Shown here in pieces: positions 37,944 through 48,141 of a DNA stretch of 64,000 bases; the first letter of the stretch is position 1; each line of letters starts with the position of its first letter. The DNA comes from Candidatus Latescibacterota bacterium (GTDB lineage: Bacteria > Latescibacterota > UBA2968 > UBA8231): contig OZ241362.1 of the NCBI GenBank assembly GCA_965200315.1, positions 1,952,001 to 2,016,000 of the forward strand, read 5' to 3'. The position numbers and the translations under genes were made by a program. Under the pieces are notes generated by a model. The model saw only the letters and a program-made list of their open reading frames with translations, did not search any database and was not told the DNA's origin.

Positions 37944-40301
37944 ATGAAAGCGTTACCGCTAGCAGTTGTTTTCCTCCTATTCGCAGTCGCGGCGAGCAGC
38001 CAAAACCTGAGCTTTACCGGGTCCGACTTCGCTTCTTGGGCTCATCCTCAGGGGCTAGTGGAAGTTCTACCACAGGGCATTAAAGTGAAGCGCTTTGAGC
38101 AGCGGTTCAACGCAGTAGCCAACGCTCGTGAGTTTTCCGGCATGTCCATCGGCGAATACGGGAAGCGCTTTGCGCGCACGCCGTCCAACCAGCAGCAGGC
38201 CGACCTAGCCGGCGACCAAGACCCAAACACTTGGTGGAAACCCGACCCGGACACCCCGGTGCAGTCTTGGTGGCTGGAACTGGACTTGGGGCGCTCGGTC
38301 GTCGCCGACAAGGTGCGCGTCCGCTTTCCCAACCGCGAGGGCGCCAAGCCCTTTAACTTTTTCTCGCTGTACGTCAGCCCGGGCATTCCGGTCTTCGGCG
38401 GCCGGGCCAAGCGCATCGTCTATCGCCGGCTGGGTAGGCCGATCAACAACAACACCGAGTCCCTAATCGAGTTCGACCTCAAGACAACCGGCCTCTCTCC
38501 GGCTACGGGCGAGCACTTGAGCGCGGACGAGGTCCTCGACTTCGACATCGTGCGCTTCGTGCGCTTTGAAGCGGCCGGCGCAACACCCGATGCCGCGCTC
38601 GCCGAAATAGAGGTGGACGGCATTGGCTTCAACCTCGCCTCCATGGTGCAGATCGAAGATCGAACCGAGCACTGGGGAGGACGGACGTGGACGTCTAAGC
38701 ACCGCGACTGCCCGGGCTGCGGCAAGGGCAGCGGGGCTGCGGCCCTCATCGACCAAGACGTGGGATTTCGCGGGTGGAATATCGAGGGCTCGGACAAGGG
38801 CAACTGGCGCGATTCAGGCGTCTGGTCCGTCGTCGATTTCGGCAACGTCTTTCGCGTCGATCGCCTCATCTGGCTACCGATTGTCTCGGGCCGCGGCCCG
38901 TTCCTCTACGGCTTCCAGCGCGACAAGCAGGGTAGTTGGCCCAGTTTCGATTTCTTCGCCTCCGACGGCACGCCCAGCAACAGTGCCGATCCAGTCGTCG
39001 AAGGCCCTTTCCACTACGACTTGCTGTCGTCCGTGGCCAACGCCGGCCGCTATTTGTTCGACTTCCGGTTCGAGCCGCGTGCGCTGCGGCTGTTGTTGTG
39101 GCGCGTGACGCGGCCTCAGCAGTTCCACCGCGCCTCCCAGCTCTTCGTCTTCCACAGCGCGGGCTATCCCGTGCAAATCGAACTGGAATCCGAGGATATT
39201 TCTCTCGGCGGTGCCCGCAGCATGCGCTTCGTCGAATGGGACGCTGACCTGCCGCCCGGAACGCGCATCGAAGTGGAGACCCAAACCGGCAATGGCTTCC
39301 AGACTCTCAAGCGCTACTTCCTCGCCAACGGCAAAGAAGTGACCAAACAAGCCTACGAGTCCGCCAAGTCCCGCAACCGCGGCGACATCGTCGAGGAAAA
39401 GGTGCGCGACGACACCTGGAGCGCGTACAGCCAACCCCACCGGTTCTCCGGGCAGGCGTTCCTCTCGCCATCGCCGCGGCAGTGGCTGCGGGCGCGGGTG
39501 CGGCTCATCAGCGACGATCCAGCGGCCTTCCCCACCCTGCGCTCGCTCACTTTTGTAGCCAATGCGCCGGTCATCACGGCCGGGCTAACGGGCCGCGTCT
39601 TCCCCCGCGAAGCCGTCATGGATTCCCTACAGGCGTTTCGCTACACCATTGCGCCGGTGGACTTCAGCAGCCGAGACGCCGGGTTCGACCGCGCACTCAT
39701 CTTGCTCCCGCCCGGCAGCGGCCGCGACGCCGCATTCATCCGCGCATCCGTGGGCGGAGCCGAGGTCGCGGCCACTGGCTTGTTGCGGGGAGATTCGCTC
39801 TTGGTGGAACTGCCGCCGCCGCTGGTCCGACGGGATTCGGTCGCGATCGCCTTTTCCGCCCGCCTGTCCCACAGCCCCACGGTCTTCAACGCGTTCGTCG
39901 CCAATTCGGCTACCGGCGATAACCTCCAAGGCGTCGTGCCCGCTGAGTTCGGTGCCGATCTAGTCTTCGTGCCGGAGGCGGTCGCTGGCGGCTCGTTGAT
40001 CCGCAATGTCGAGTACACCCGCTCGATAACCCCCAACGGCGATGGCACCAACGACCTATGCGAACTGAATTTCACGGTCGTCAAGACCGAACAAGCACCG
40101 CAAGTACAGGTTTTTACCCTAGACGGCCGCTCCATAGTCGAGCTCGCAAATCAAGGCCCGCCGGGGCGGCGCTTCTACTACATCTGGGAAGGACGGAGCG
40201 CCGACCGCACGGTGCCACCCGGCATCTACGTCCTGCGCATCTCCATAGAAGCCGATGCCCGCGCCGACCGCGTTTACCGGCTCGTGCATGTTGCTTATTA
40301 A
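37944..40301 (+). CDS. Secreted discoidin-like / FlgD Ig-like domain protein (paralogue 3)
   Basis: Signal peptide, WLELDLGRSVV, WSAYS, PSPRQW, TPNGDGTND...VPPGIY...HVAY*. Confidence 0.82.
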   Translation: MKALPLAVVFLLFAVAASSQNLSFTGSDFASWAHPQGLVEVLPQGIKVKRFEQRFNAVANAREFSGMSIGEYGKRFARTPSNQQQADLAGDQDPNTWWKPDPDTPVQSWWLELDLGRSVVADKVRVRFPNREGAKPFNFFSLYVSPGIPVFGGRAKRIVYRRLGRPINNNTESLIEFDLKTTGLSPATGEHLSADEVLDFDIVRFVRFEAAGATPDAALAEIEVDGIGFNLASMVQIEDRTEHWGGRTWTSKHRDCPGCGKGSGAAALIDQDVGFRGWNIEGSDKGNWRDSGVWSVVDFGNVFRVDRLIWLPIVSGRGPFLYGFQRDKQGSWPSFDFFASDGTPSNSADPVVEGPFHYDLLSSVANAGRYLFDFRFEPRALRLLLWRVTRPQQFHRASQLFVFHSAGYPVQIELESEDISLGGARSMRFVEWDADLPPGTRIEVETQTGNGFQTLKRYFLANGKEVTKQAYESAKSRNRGDIVEEKVRDDTWSAYSQPHRFSGQAFLSPSPRQWLRARVRLISDDPAAFPTLRSLTFVANAPVITAGLTGRVFPREAVMDSLQAFRYTIAPVDFSSRDAGFDRALILLPPGSGRDAAFIRASVGGAEVAATGLLRGDSLLVELPPPLVRRDSVAIAFSARLSHSPTVFNAFVANSATGDNLQGVVPAEFGADLVFVPEAVAGGSLIRNVEYTRSITPNGDGTNDLCELNFTVVKTEQAPQVQVFTLDGRSIVELANQGPPGRRFYYIWEGRSADRTVPPGIYVLRISIEADARADRVYRLVHVAY

Positions 40302-40320
40302 GAGACCAAAGGGAACCATT

Positions 40321-42966
40321 GTGAGACGTCTAACTTTCGCACTGCTAATTTCTCCATTCGCATGGACACTGCCGCAACAGGCAAGCGCCCAACGCGCCAC
40401 CGGGTACGACAATCCCTACTACACTACGGGCACTGAAGTTTCTCCGGCGACCCTCGTGCCGTCAGTGCGCAAGTGGTATCTGCCGCAGCGGCTGTACTCC
40501 CTGTACGACTGGCGGCAAGAGCAATACTCCAACTACGCCCGCGATCACTACGAGCGCTATACCGAGGTCTTCTTGGAAGGCTCGCCGTTCTACGACGTGT
40601 ACGGCAATTACATCACGCAGGGCTGGCTGGTGTACGACTGGACTGAAGACTACCCGGAAGACAACGGCAGCATTATCACCAAAAACCCGCGCTTTCGTTC
40701 GTGGTTCAACAACCTGCTCGTATCGTCGAGTCATTCCGGGCAGTTCTACTCGTCTCTAATGGTGGGCGACGGCATCCGCACAACCCTGACCCCGCTGACG
40801 TTTTCCAAGCCGCGCTTCGACGGCATTCAGTGGGATCTTATCACCGACAAGTACGCCCTGACTATGCTGTCGTCGCGGGTCAGCAACACCGGAGAAATTT
40901 CCGCCAGCGAAGTCGGCGGTGGCGTACAGGCCAATACCTTCACCACCCTAATGGCCGCTAGGGGGCGGGTGCAGGTCGGGGATTTTGCCGCCCTCGGCGC
41001 GACCTTTGTCAATGCCGCGCATCGCAACTCCAACCTGCCGTTTGGCGACAACTCGCTCAGCGGCCTGCTCAGCGGCCCGATGAACGCGGATTTTGTCCGC
41101 TCCATTGTCGTACGCATTTCCGACGATTCGCCCGAAGACGGCGAGGGCGGTGCACTGCTGTCGCGCTGGCGCATCTTCATCGATGGCGTCGAACACACCA
41201 GCGACATCGTTCCCGTGGTTGAAGGCGGCATTCGCCGCGGCGGCGCGATTGTGGCCAGCGGCACGGATGTCATCACGCTGACCTACAACATCGAAGACTT
41301 CTCCCCGAGCACAGAAGACGCCATCGACGATTTTCGCGAGATCAAGCGCATTGAGATCGGCCTCGTGCTGGCCAACGACTACAAGGTCGAAGTAACCTCC
41401 AACAAGCAAACCAACAACCTCGGTACGCCCGTATTCCTGCCGGTGTTGCGCGCGGCCGGCAACGTCAAGGACGGCTCGAACCAGGCATTTCACCGGTTCA
41501 GCTACGGCTTGCCGACTGGGACCCGCATGTTGGGCTTTGACCTCGCCATTGCCGACCTACAGGGCTTTGACTTCAGAGGTGAGTTCGTCCGCAACTTTCA
41601 GTACCGCCGCTTTCCCAACGAGAACGTGGTCAAGGACCAGACGCTGGCCACCAACAAGGCCCAAGCCCTGTACGCGACCGCGCAGAAACGCAACTATCCC
41701 TATACGTTTTTCGCCGAGGTTTTTAGCATCGATGCGGATTATTCCACTCGCGCCTTTATGCCCAACGCCGAGGGACACGTGTACTACGACAACGAGCAGC
41801 GGCACCTGTACGAATTCGTCGATGACAACGATGATCAGGACGAGCTGCCAGACTGGACGCGGCGCACGTTCGGCAGCCGCGTCAATACTCGGCAGGGGCA
41901 GCAGTTGCTGACCGACGCCGCAGTCTTCCCGGGCATTGACGAGGACAACGACGACATCTCGGATTTCAACCGCAACTTCAACACCCAGCCCGACTACGAG
42001 GAGCCATTCCTGCGCTTTGATATAGACCCGCCGGAGTTTTTGTTCGGCATGGACATGAACAGCAACGGCGTCATCGACCGCTTTGAAGACGACGGGGAAG
42101 CCGACTATCCCTACAAGCTGGGCCGCCAGGGATTCAACACCTATGCCGCCGTGGAAATCCTGCCCCGCACGAGCGTCATGGTCGGCTATCTCGACCAGCG
42201 TCTGCTAGACACGGCCCGGGAAAACCAAGCCGCCTACCTGCTGCTGACTGCGAAAAAGGAATTCCCGGCAAAGGACTTCAGCGCGTGGCTGATTGCCAAT
42301 CCGCGCCGGGTTAAAGACGACATTCCCGACGACGTGCTGTTGTGGCGCGACCTGCCCGGCACGCGCGGCCGCTCGGTCTTTACCCGCGACCTCCTGCCCG
42401 CGCGCAACGCCTTCGTCAACACCACGTACCTCGAAGTACACTACGACCGCTACCTGCCCTTGACGGCCAAGGTCAAACACGAATTCTATCGGCAATTGGG
42501 TGCTCAGGAAGGCGAGTGGCGCAACCAGCGCTTCTTGGGCATCGTGGCCAAAGGCGAGTACTCGACCCACATTCGCGGCTGGGCCTTGGTGCCCAAGTGG
42601 AAACAGCTTTACAACAGCCGGGTGCCGGCGCAGCGCAGCGCACTCAAAATCCGCGAGCTAACGGAGATTTTCTCGCTGCAAGCCGTGCGCAGCATCAACC
42701 GCAACATGCGCTTCATCACCGGAGCCGAGTACGAGCTGTTCAACAATCTCCGCCCCAAACCAGACCCCCTGCCCTCGGGCTACCTCCTCGACGGCACGAC
42801 GTGGGTGCTCGCCGCCCAAGTCGCCAACGACTCCGCGTACTTGGGCTACGCCCTGACGACGAACGTCGGCGTACGCTGGATTCGCAACAACTTCGACGGA
42901 TCGCCGGCTTCGTCCGAGCTGCTCTCTTTCATCACGGTGTACGCCGGCTTGGGGACGGATCGCTAG
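40321..42966 (+). CDS. Large exported protein with acidic Ca-binding-like loops and a putative C-terminal beta-barrel
   Basis: GTG 40321 with a signal peptide; DDNDDQDELPD, DEDNDDISDFN, DMNSNGVID; amphipathic strands ending ITVYAGLG. Confidence 0.7.
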   Translation: MRRLTFALLISPFAWTLPQQASAQRATGYDNPYYTTGTEVSPATLVPSVRKWYLPQRLYSLYDWRQEQYSNYARDHYERYTEVFLEGSPFYDVYGNYITQGWLVYDWTEDYPEDNGSIITKNPRFRSWFNNLLVSSSHSGQFYSSLMVGDGIRTTLTPLTFSKPRFDGIQWDLITDKYALTMLSSRVSNTGEISASEVGGGVQANTFTTLMAARGRVQVGDFAALGATFVNAAHRNSNLPFGDNSLSGLLSGPMNADFVRSIVVRISDDSPEDGEGGALLSRWRIFIDGVEHTSDIVPVVEGGIRRGGAIVASGTDVITLTYNIEDFSPSTEDAIDDFREIKRIEIGLVLANDYKVEVTSNKQTNNLGTPVFLPVLRAAGNVKDGSNQAFHRFSYGLPTGTRMLGFDLAIADLQGFDFRGEFVRNFQYRRFPNENVVKDQTLATNKAQALYATAQKRNYPYTFFAEVFSIDADYSTRAFMPNAEGHVYYDNEQRHLYEFVDDNDDQDELPDWTRRTFGSRVNTRQGQQLLTDAAVFPGIDEDNDDISDFNRNFNTQPDYEEPFLRFDIDPPEFLFGMDMNSNGVIDRFEDDGEADYPYKLGRQGFNTYAAVEILPRTSVMVGYLDQRLLDTARENQAAYLLLTAKKEFPAKDFSAWLIANPRRVKDDIPDDVLLWRDLPGTRGRSVFTRDLLPARNAFVNTTYLEVHYDRYLPLTAKVKHEFYRQLGAQEGEWRNQRFLGIVAKGEYSTHIRGWALVPKWKQLYNSRVPAQRSALKIRELTEIFSLQAVRSINRNMRFITGAEYELFNNLRPKPDPLPSGYLLDGTTWVLAAQVANDSAYLGYALTTNVGVRWIRNNFDGSPASSELLSFITVYAGLGTDR

Positions 42967-42968
42967 CG

Positions 42969-44327
42969 CTACTGAAACGCTTTCTCCAACGCCTCTGGGA
43001 ACACGTGGATTTGGATCGCATGCGCCTCGCGCAGCTCGGCCAATAGCGCATCCATAGCCTCGGTTTCGGCCCGTTGCCGCAGGGCCGTGCGAATGCTCTC
43101 GCGCACAAAAGCAAAATCCACTACCCGGCCATCGGTGCGAGTAAACTGATCGAGGTGCTGGTCGTAAAAGGCCCGCACCGCATCGTCGGCGATCTCTCCG
43201 ACCCGCTCGGCTTCAGCTTGGTAGAGCCGCTTGATCAACAGGGCATCTCGCTCCTTTTCGATGCTGGCGCGGATATCCGCATCGTCGGCGATCCCCAGCT
43301 TGCGAGCTTCCGCCACCATGATCTGCTTGCCAGCGAGATTATCTACGGCCTTGTACAGGCGCACACTGTCGAGCTCGGCTGGATGCGGTGCGCGGCCCTG
43401 CTCAACTAAGGCGAGGTACTCCCGTGCTATGAGCTGGCCGCCGCGCCACGTGAGCAGCGGCGCATCCCCTTCGTCCCATTGCGTCGATTGCGGCGGAAGG
43501 GCGAGTAACGCGGCAAAAACCTCCGCGTCCAGCGCCAACTGATACCGCTCGCGCAGGGTGCCGACGTAGCACTCCATATCGTCGGCCCGACTCTGCACGA
43601 GGGCCTGTTTCTCCACCCACTCGCGGGCCCCAGCAAAATCGACGGGGCGTCGTTCCCCAAGCCTGAAGACATGGTAGCCGCTCAAGGTCTGCACCGGGTC
43701 GGGATACACGCTGCCGACGGGCATAGTGCTGAGCGGCACCTTCAGCCCCTCGTACACCTCGCCGATCTTGAACCAGCCGACCCAACCGCCGGGGCCAAAG
43801 CGCTGCTGGATGTTCTGGACAGAATAGGGCCGGATTAGCGACTCAAAAGGCGTCCCTTCCTCAAGCAGCTCAAGGACGAGACGAGCCTCTTCTGAGGTGG
43901 CGCAGACGATGTGCTGGCTGAGCACTTCTATGTCGTATTGCTGTTGGGCAAAAAACGCCCGCAGGTCCGCGTCTGAAAACGAATACGACGCCTGCACGGC
44001 CTCCTGCTCGTAGAGCTTGTTCATCAGCGCCCTGCGCTCGCTCTTGGCCACGGCCTGGGCGATAGCCGGATCGCGGTCGTACCCGCGCCGGAGGCCCTCG
44101 GCGATGAGCAATTCCCGCGCAATGACGCCGTCGAGCAGTTCCTGCTTGCCCTGCTCATCTAGCTCCTCAACGTGGCCGTAGCCGGTCTGCCGCAGCTTGT
44201 GCGCTATGGCCGCGAACTGCTCAACGGAAATGGCCTTGTCGCCGATGCGCAGAACCGTTTCTTCCACGCACCAAGCCGCGCCACACAGGACGAGGAGCGC
44301 GAAGGTGCTAACTAGCGAGTATTGCAC
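42969..44327 (-). CDS. PpiC/parvulin-type peptidyl-prolyl isomerase (SurA/PrsA-like chaperone)
   Basis: SQHIVCATSEEA...FESLIRPYS...GGWVGW...PVQTLSGYHVF; repeated SurA-N-like helices. Confidence 0.85.
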   Translation of the reverse strand: MQYSLVSTFALLVLCGAAWCVEETVLRIGDKAISVEQFAAIAHKLRQTGYGHVEELDEQGKQELLDGVIARELLIAEGLRRGYDRDPAIAQAVAKSERRALMNKLYEQEAVQASYSFSDADLRAFFAQQQYDIEVLSQHIVCATSEEARLVLELLEEGTPFESLIRPYSVQNIQQRFGPGGWVGWFKIGEVYEGLKVPLSTMPVGSVYPDPVQTLSGYHVFRLGERRPVDFAGAREWVEKQALVQSRADDMECYVGTLRERYQLALDAEVFAALLALPPQSTQWDEGDAPLLTWRGGQLIAREYLALVEQGRAPHPAELDSVRLYKAVDNLAGKQIMVAEARKLGIADDADIRASIEKERDALLIKRLYQAEAERVGEIADDAVRAFYDQHLDQFTRTDGRVVDFAFVRESIRTALRQRAETEAMDALLAELREAHAIQIHVFPEALEKAFQ

Positions 44328-44383
44328 TTTGACCTAACTACATGACACCAATAATCGGGTAGTTGCTTGGGCACACTCTCGCG

Positions 44384-44815
44384 TTAAGCGGCATATACTT
44401 CCAATACTAGGCGTTTGCCCAGTGCTTCTAGCGCGGTCTCGACCTGATCGATGTGTGAGCGATGGTCCAGATCGAGGAGTCGTCGTACCGTCGTTGCAAC
44501 AGCACCAAGACGTTCCGCTAATTCGCGAATGTCAATGCCCTGCTCACACATCGCCTCGTAGAGCGCGAGCTTGGCGGCGATGAGCGCCGGCAGTTCAACA
44601 ACGGGGCCATTACCTGCCGATGATTTCGGAATGCGCCGCCCGTCGTTTACGTACCCACCAAGTGCTGCGATAAGGCAGTCCGTTGCTTCCGCCAGCGCTT
44701 CGCGTTCCGTATTGCCCTCGGTCAATGCTTCTGGAATGTCGGGAAACGACACCAGCACGGTATCGGGCATAATCTGTAGTTTCACCGGATAGGCCAGTCG
44801 TCTCAATTGCACCAT
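44384..44815 (-). CDS. hicB: HicB-family antitoxin
   Basis: VSFPDIPEALTEGNTEREAL...C-terminal HTH ending ALEALGKRL; ATG 44815 behind GGAGG. Confidence 0.9.
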   Translation of the reverse strand: MVQLRRLAYPVKLQIMPDTVLVSFPDIPEALTEGNTEREALAEATDCLIAALGGYVNDGRRIPKSSAGNGPVVELPALIAAKLALYEAMCEQGIDIRELAERLGAVATTVRRLLDLDHRSHIDQVETALEALGKRLVLEVYAA

Positions 44816-44839
44816 AAAACACCTCCGTTTCCAGTACAC

Positions 44840-45052
44840 CTAGATGTCCTTTGCGGACAATCCGAGTTGTCGGAGCATAGTAGCGAGTAAACTCCGACTG
44901 ATCTCTTTCTTTCGATCTTTCACCGTCGTGAACCGCTTGCCGTAATAGAGGCGACCATGGCTACCTTTGCCCTGTCGCGAGCGAAAATAAACCTCCACTC
45001 CGCGAGTTCGCCCAACCGCTCGCACACGACGGATGAATTCCGCACCTGTCAT
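44840..45052 (-). CDS. hicA: HicA-family toxin
   Basis: GKGSH motif, 70 aa, MLRQLGL; directly upstream of hicB. Confidence 0.88.
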   Translation of the reverse strand: MTGAEFIRRVRAVGRTRGVEVYFRSRQGKGSHGRLYYGKRFTTVKDRKKEISRSLLATMLRQLGLSAKDI

Positions 45053-45124
45053 TTGAGACTATTCCACTTCTCAGGCCCAAATTATCGCCCAATAGCACTC
45101 TATCGTCAAAACACCCCAACCTCC

Positions 45125-46762
45125 TCAACGATTCTCTCGAATCATAATACTCTGATCGGCCTCCACCCCTACCAGCGTCTGCACCGCGCCGCTGGGCCAG
45201 CGAACTTCGAGCGTATCGACCTGCGTGCGGTCGCCCAAGCCGAGCGTCAGGCGCACGTCGTTAGAACCCATATACCCGTAGCTGCGGCGGATCTCCCGCG
45301 TCTGTACCAAGTCGCCGGCCACGGCGCGGACGCGCGCGCCCAGGCCGTCCCGATTGCTCGCGGTTCCAACCGCCTCAACCGTCAGATAGTGATTGGCGTT
45401 GCCGCCGTCGTTGCGCAGCAGGGTGCAGTGCGGAGCGGCTGAGTCCGAGACGAATATGTCCACGTCCCCGTCGTTGTCGCAGTCGCCGAACACGGCACCG
45501 TGGCTGACGCGCTCAACCAACATCCCCGGCCCACTGCGCGCGGTCACCTCGGCGAACGAACCGTCGCCCCGGTTGCGGAAGAGTTGGTTGCGCTGCGGGT
45601 AGGTGGTGGCCGGGTCGTATTCTTCCACGTTCTCGTCGAGGTGGCCATTGCTGACGAACACGTCGAGGAACCCGTCGTTGTCGTAGTCGAGAAAGGCGGA
45701 CGTCATGCCGAGATACGGTACGCTGGACACGCCTAAGTTGGCCGCAAACGTAACATCCGTGAAGAACCCATCGCCGTCGTTGTGGTAGAGCGTGTTGGGC
45801 AGCCACTGGAAGGTCGCCACAATAATGTCGAGCAAGCCGTCGTTGTCGTAGTCGCCCCAATCGGCCCCCATAGCCGACTCGGCCAACCCTTCCTCGTTGT
45901 ACGCCACCCCGGCCTCAGCGCCGTTTTCGCTAAACGTTCCATCGCCGTTGTTGACGAAGAGAAAGTTGGGTCGCTTGTCGTTGGCGACGAACAAATCGGC
46001 GTCCCCGTCGTTGTCAAAATCGCCGAACACCGCGGCGAGTTGCCGCCCGGAATCGTCGGAGAGTCCGGCTTCTGCGGTCGCGTCGGCAAAGCGGCTGTCC
46101 CCGTCGTTGCGGTAGAGCACACCAGCCTGTCCGGGGTACGTATTGGGACCGCAGTAAATGCGCACCGTGCCGGCAAAGCACTCCTCGTTTTGATCTGGGT
46201 CGAACTCCATGTAATTGGCCGCGTATAGATCCAAGTCACCATCGCGGTCGTAATCGACAAAAGCCGCGTGCGTACCCCACCCTACATCTCCGACCGCGGC
46301 CGCAACCGTGACGTCCGCGAAAACGCCGCTATCTTCGTTCCGGTACAACACATTCGGCCCGTAGTTGGTCACGTACAAATCCGCATCGCCGTCGTTGTCG
46401 TAGTCGCCGACAGCCGCGCCCATACCAAAGCCGGTGTCGCCCGTGCCAGCCGCGACCGTGACGTCGGCAAAGGTTCCGTCTCGTTGGTTGCGGTAGTGTG
46501 CGTTGGGGCTACTCGGGCCGCGATAACCGGGCATGGGCGCGCCATTGACAATGTACAGGTCGAGCCACCCGTCGCCGTCGCCATCGAAAAAGGCCGCGCC
46601 TGAGCCGACGGCTTCCACCATGTACTTGTGGCCGCTGGCCCCATTGACATAGCGAAAATCTAGGCCCGCTTCCTCGGTGATCTCCACAAATTGCGGAGCT
46701 GGCTCGGCAGTCGCGCAGGCGGCGAATACAACGCTAACCCACAACAAGGTCCACAGCATCAT
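45125..46762 (-). CDS. CRTAC1 / FG-GAP / ASPIC-UnbV family protein
   Basis: Many DYDNDGxxDL repeats; C-terminal NRDGLGARV...GLG...VRWPSG. Confidence 0.92.
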   Translation of the reverse strand: MMLWTLLWVSVVFAACATAEPAPQFVEITEEAGLDFRYVNGASGHKYMVEAVGSGAAFFDGDGDGWLDLYIVNGAPMPGYRGPSSPNAHYRNQRDGTFADVTVAAGTGDTGFGMGAAVGDYDNDGDADLYVTNYGPNVLYRNEDSGVFADVTVAAAVGDVGWGTHAAFVDYDRDGDLDLYAANYMEFDPDQNEECFAGTVRIYCGPNTYPGQAGVLYRNDGDSRFADATAEAGLSDDSGRQLAAVFGDFDNDGDADLFVANDKRPNFLFVNNGDGTFSENGAEAGVAYNEEGLAESAMGADWGDYDNDGLLDIIVATFQWLPNTLYHNDGDGFFTDVTFAANLGVSSVPYLGMTSAFLDYDNDGFLDVFVSNGHLDENVEEYDPATTYPQRNQLFRNRGDGSFAEVTARSGPGMLVERVSHGAVFGDCDNDGDVDIFVSDSAAPHCTLLRNDGGNANHYLTVEAVGTASNRDGLGARVRAVAGDLVQTREIRRSYGYMGSNDVRLTLGLGDRTQVDTLEVRWPSGAVQTLVGVEADQSIMIRENR

Positions 46763-47991
46763 TGACCAACCTGCGCGGCGATTTGCTCGGCAGCCGCGAG
46801 GTTGCGGCGGAGCTTGGGATGGTCGGGCTGGTAGTGCAAGCCGCGGCGGAAGGAGGCGATGGCGCGCTCGTACTGCTTGCGCAGCATCTGCACATTGCCC
46901 AATCCCAAGTGCGCAAGGGCATACGTGGAATCGGCCTGCAATGCACGGCGAAACCGCTGCTCGGCCGCGGCCATTTCCCCTCGGCGGAAGTGGATGTTGC
47001 CGAGGTTGTGGTGCGCGGGCGCGAACGCCGGGTCGCGGTCGAGGGCTTGGAGGTAGCGGATGCGCGCTTCTTGGTATTGGCCGCGCTGCCCGTACACAAC
47101 GGCCAAGTCGTGGTATGCGCCAGCGTCGTCTCGGTGCGTCGTCAAGGTGTTTTTCAGTATGGCGATCCGCTCTTCCTCCTCGTCGAGCCGCTTGTACAGC
47201 GCGAGCTGGCGTCGCCCTTCTTCCTTCTGACCGGAGCGCAGCAAGGCGTTGCCGAGGTTGAAGCGGGCTTGGGCAAACAGCGAATCCAGCCGCACAGCGC
47301 GGCGAAATTCTGCCACAGCCGCCGCGTAGTCGCGCCGGAGATAATAGCTGCGCCCCAAGCCACTGCGGAATTGGGCCGAGGTCGCGTCCGCGGCTACGGC
47401 GCGGCTAAAGGCTTGCTCAGCGGCCGCATAGTCGTTTTGCTTGATATGGGCTTCGCCGAGGTTGAACCACGCCTCCCCGTAGCTAGGTACGGCGGCAATG
47501 GCGCGCTGATAGGCGGCAATCGCGGCTGGATAGCGCCCCTCGCGGGCGTGCAGCAACCCCAGCACCATCTGCGCTTGGGCACGGTCCGGCTGCTCCTGCA
47601 CCGTCTGTTCGAGCAGGGCCAAGGCATCGTCGTAGCGGTCGAGGCGCGTAAACAGGATCGCCAACTCGGTCCGCGTCTTGGCGTGGCTCGGCGCTAGGGC
47701 AATAGCCTGCTCATACGTGCGGACGGCCGCGGGCAGGGCTTCGTTTTTCGCATGGGCTTCGGCCAACTTGCGGTAGAGCGCCGGCGATTTTGCGTTCTGA
47801 TCAACGGCGCGCTGGTAGTGGTCGGCGGCTTCTCCGTAGCGACCGGCGCGCATCGAGCGGTCGCCCTGTACTTCGTGCGCTGGTTCGGGTGTTTCCGCAT
47901 AGCCGGGAATCGCCAGTAGGAGCACAGCTAATGGGCCTATCCACCGCCTTAGGCGTCTATTGAGAAGCAGAGAGGGTCTGTACCAAGACAT
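46759..47991 (-). CDS. Tetratricopeptide repeat protein
   Basis: About 10 TPR-like repeats (AWFNLG, ARFNLG, AHHNLG, AHLGLG). Start uncertain because a MITE is inserted at the 5' end. Confidence 0.85.
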   Translation of the reverse strand: MSWYRPSLLLNRRLRRWIGPLAVLLLAIPGYAETPEPAHEVQGDRSMRAGRYGEAADHYQRAVDQNAKSPALYRKLAEAHAKNEALPAAVRTYEQAIALAPSHAKTRTELAILFTRLDRYDDALALLEQTVQEQPDRAQAQMVLGLLHAREGRYPAAIAAYQRAIAAVPSYGEAWFNLGEAHIKQNDYAAAEQAFSRAVAADATSAQFRSGLGRSYYLRRDYAAAVAEFRRAVRLDSLFAQARFNLGNALLRSGQKEEGRRQLALYKRLDEEEERIAILKNTLTTHRDDAGAYHDLAVVYGQRGQYQEARIRYLQALDRDPAFAPAHHNLGNIHFRRGEMAAAEQRFRRALQADSTYALAHLGLGNVQMLRKQYERAIASFRRGLHYQPDHPKLRRNLAAAEQIAAQVGQ

Positions 47992-48081
47992 CTCAGTACA
48001 CGACACTACGGTCTTAGCTCGGAGGGTGGGCCAAAAGACTGCGGAAAAAACGCGGACGCAGAGCAGGGGTCGTGTACGTAG
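47992..48081. mobile_element. 90-bp MITE (family B) with a perfect 9-bp target-site duplication
   Basis: Ends CTCAGTACACGAC / GTCGTGTACGTAG, flanked by CCAAGACAT at 47983-47991 and 48082-48090. Confidence 0.8.
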
Positions 48082-48141
48082 CCAAGACATATAAAAAGTA
48101 TAGACCTCGCTAGTACTACCGACAAACGCATAGGACAATCC

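Noticed and set aside
45125-46762. Repetitive GTCGTTGTCGTAGTCGCC-like DNA as a repeat array
   Set aside because: It is explained by the protein-level FG-GAP (DYDNDG) repeats.
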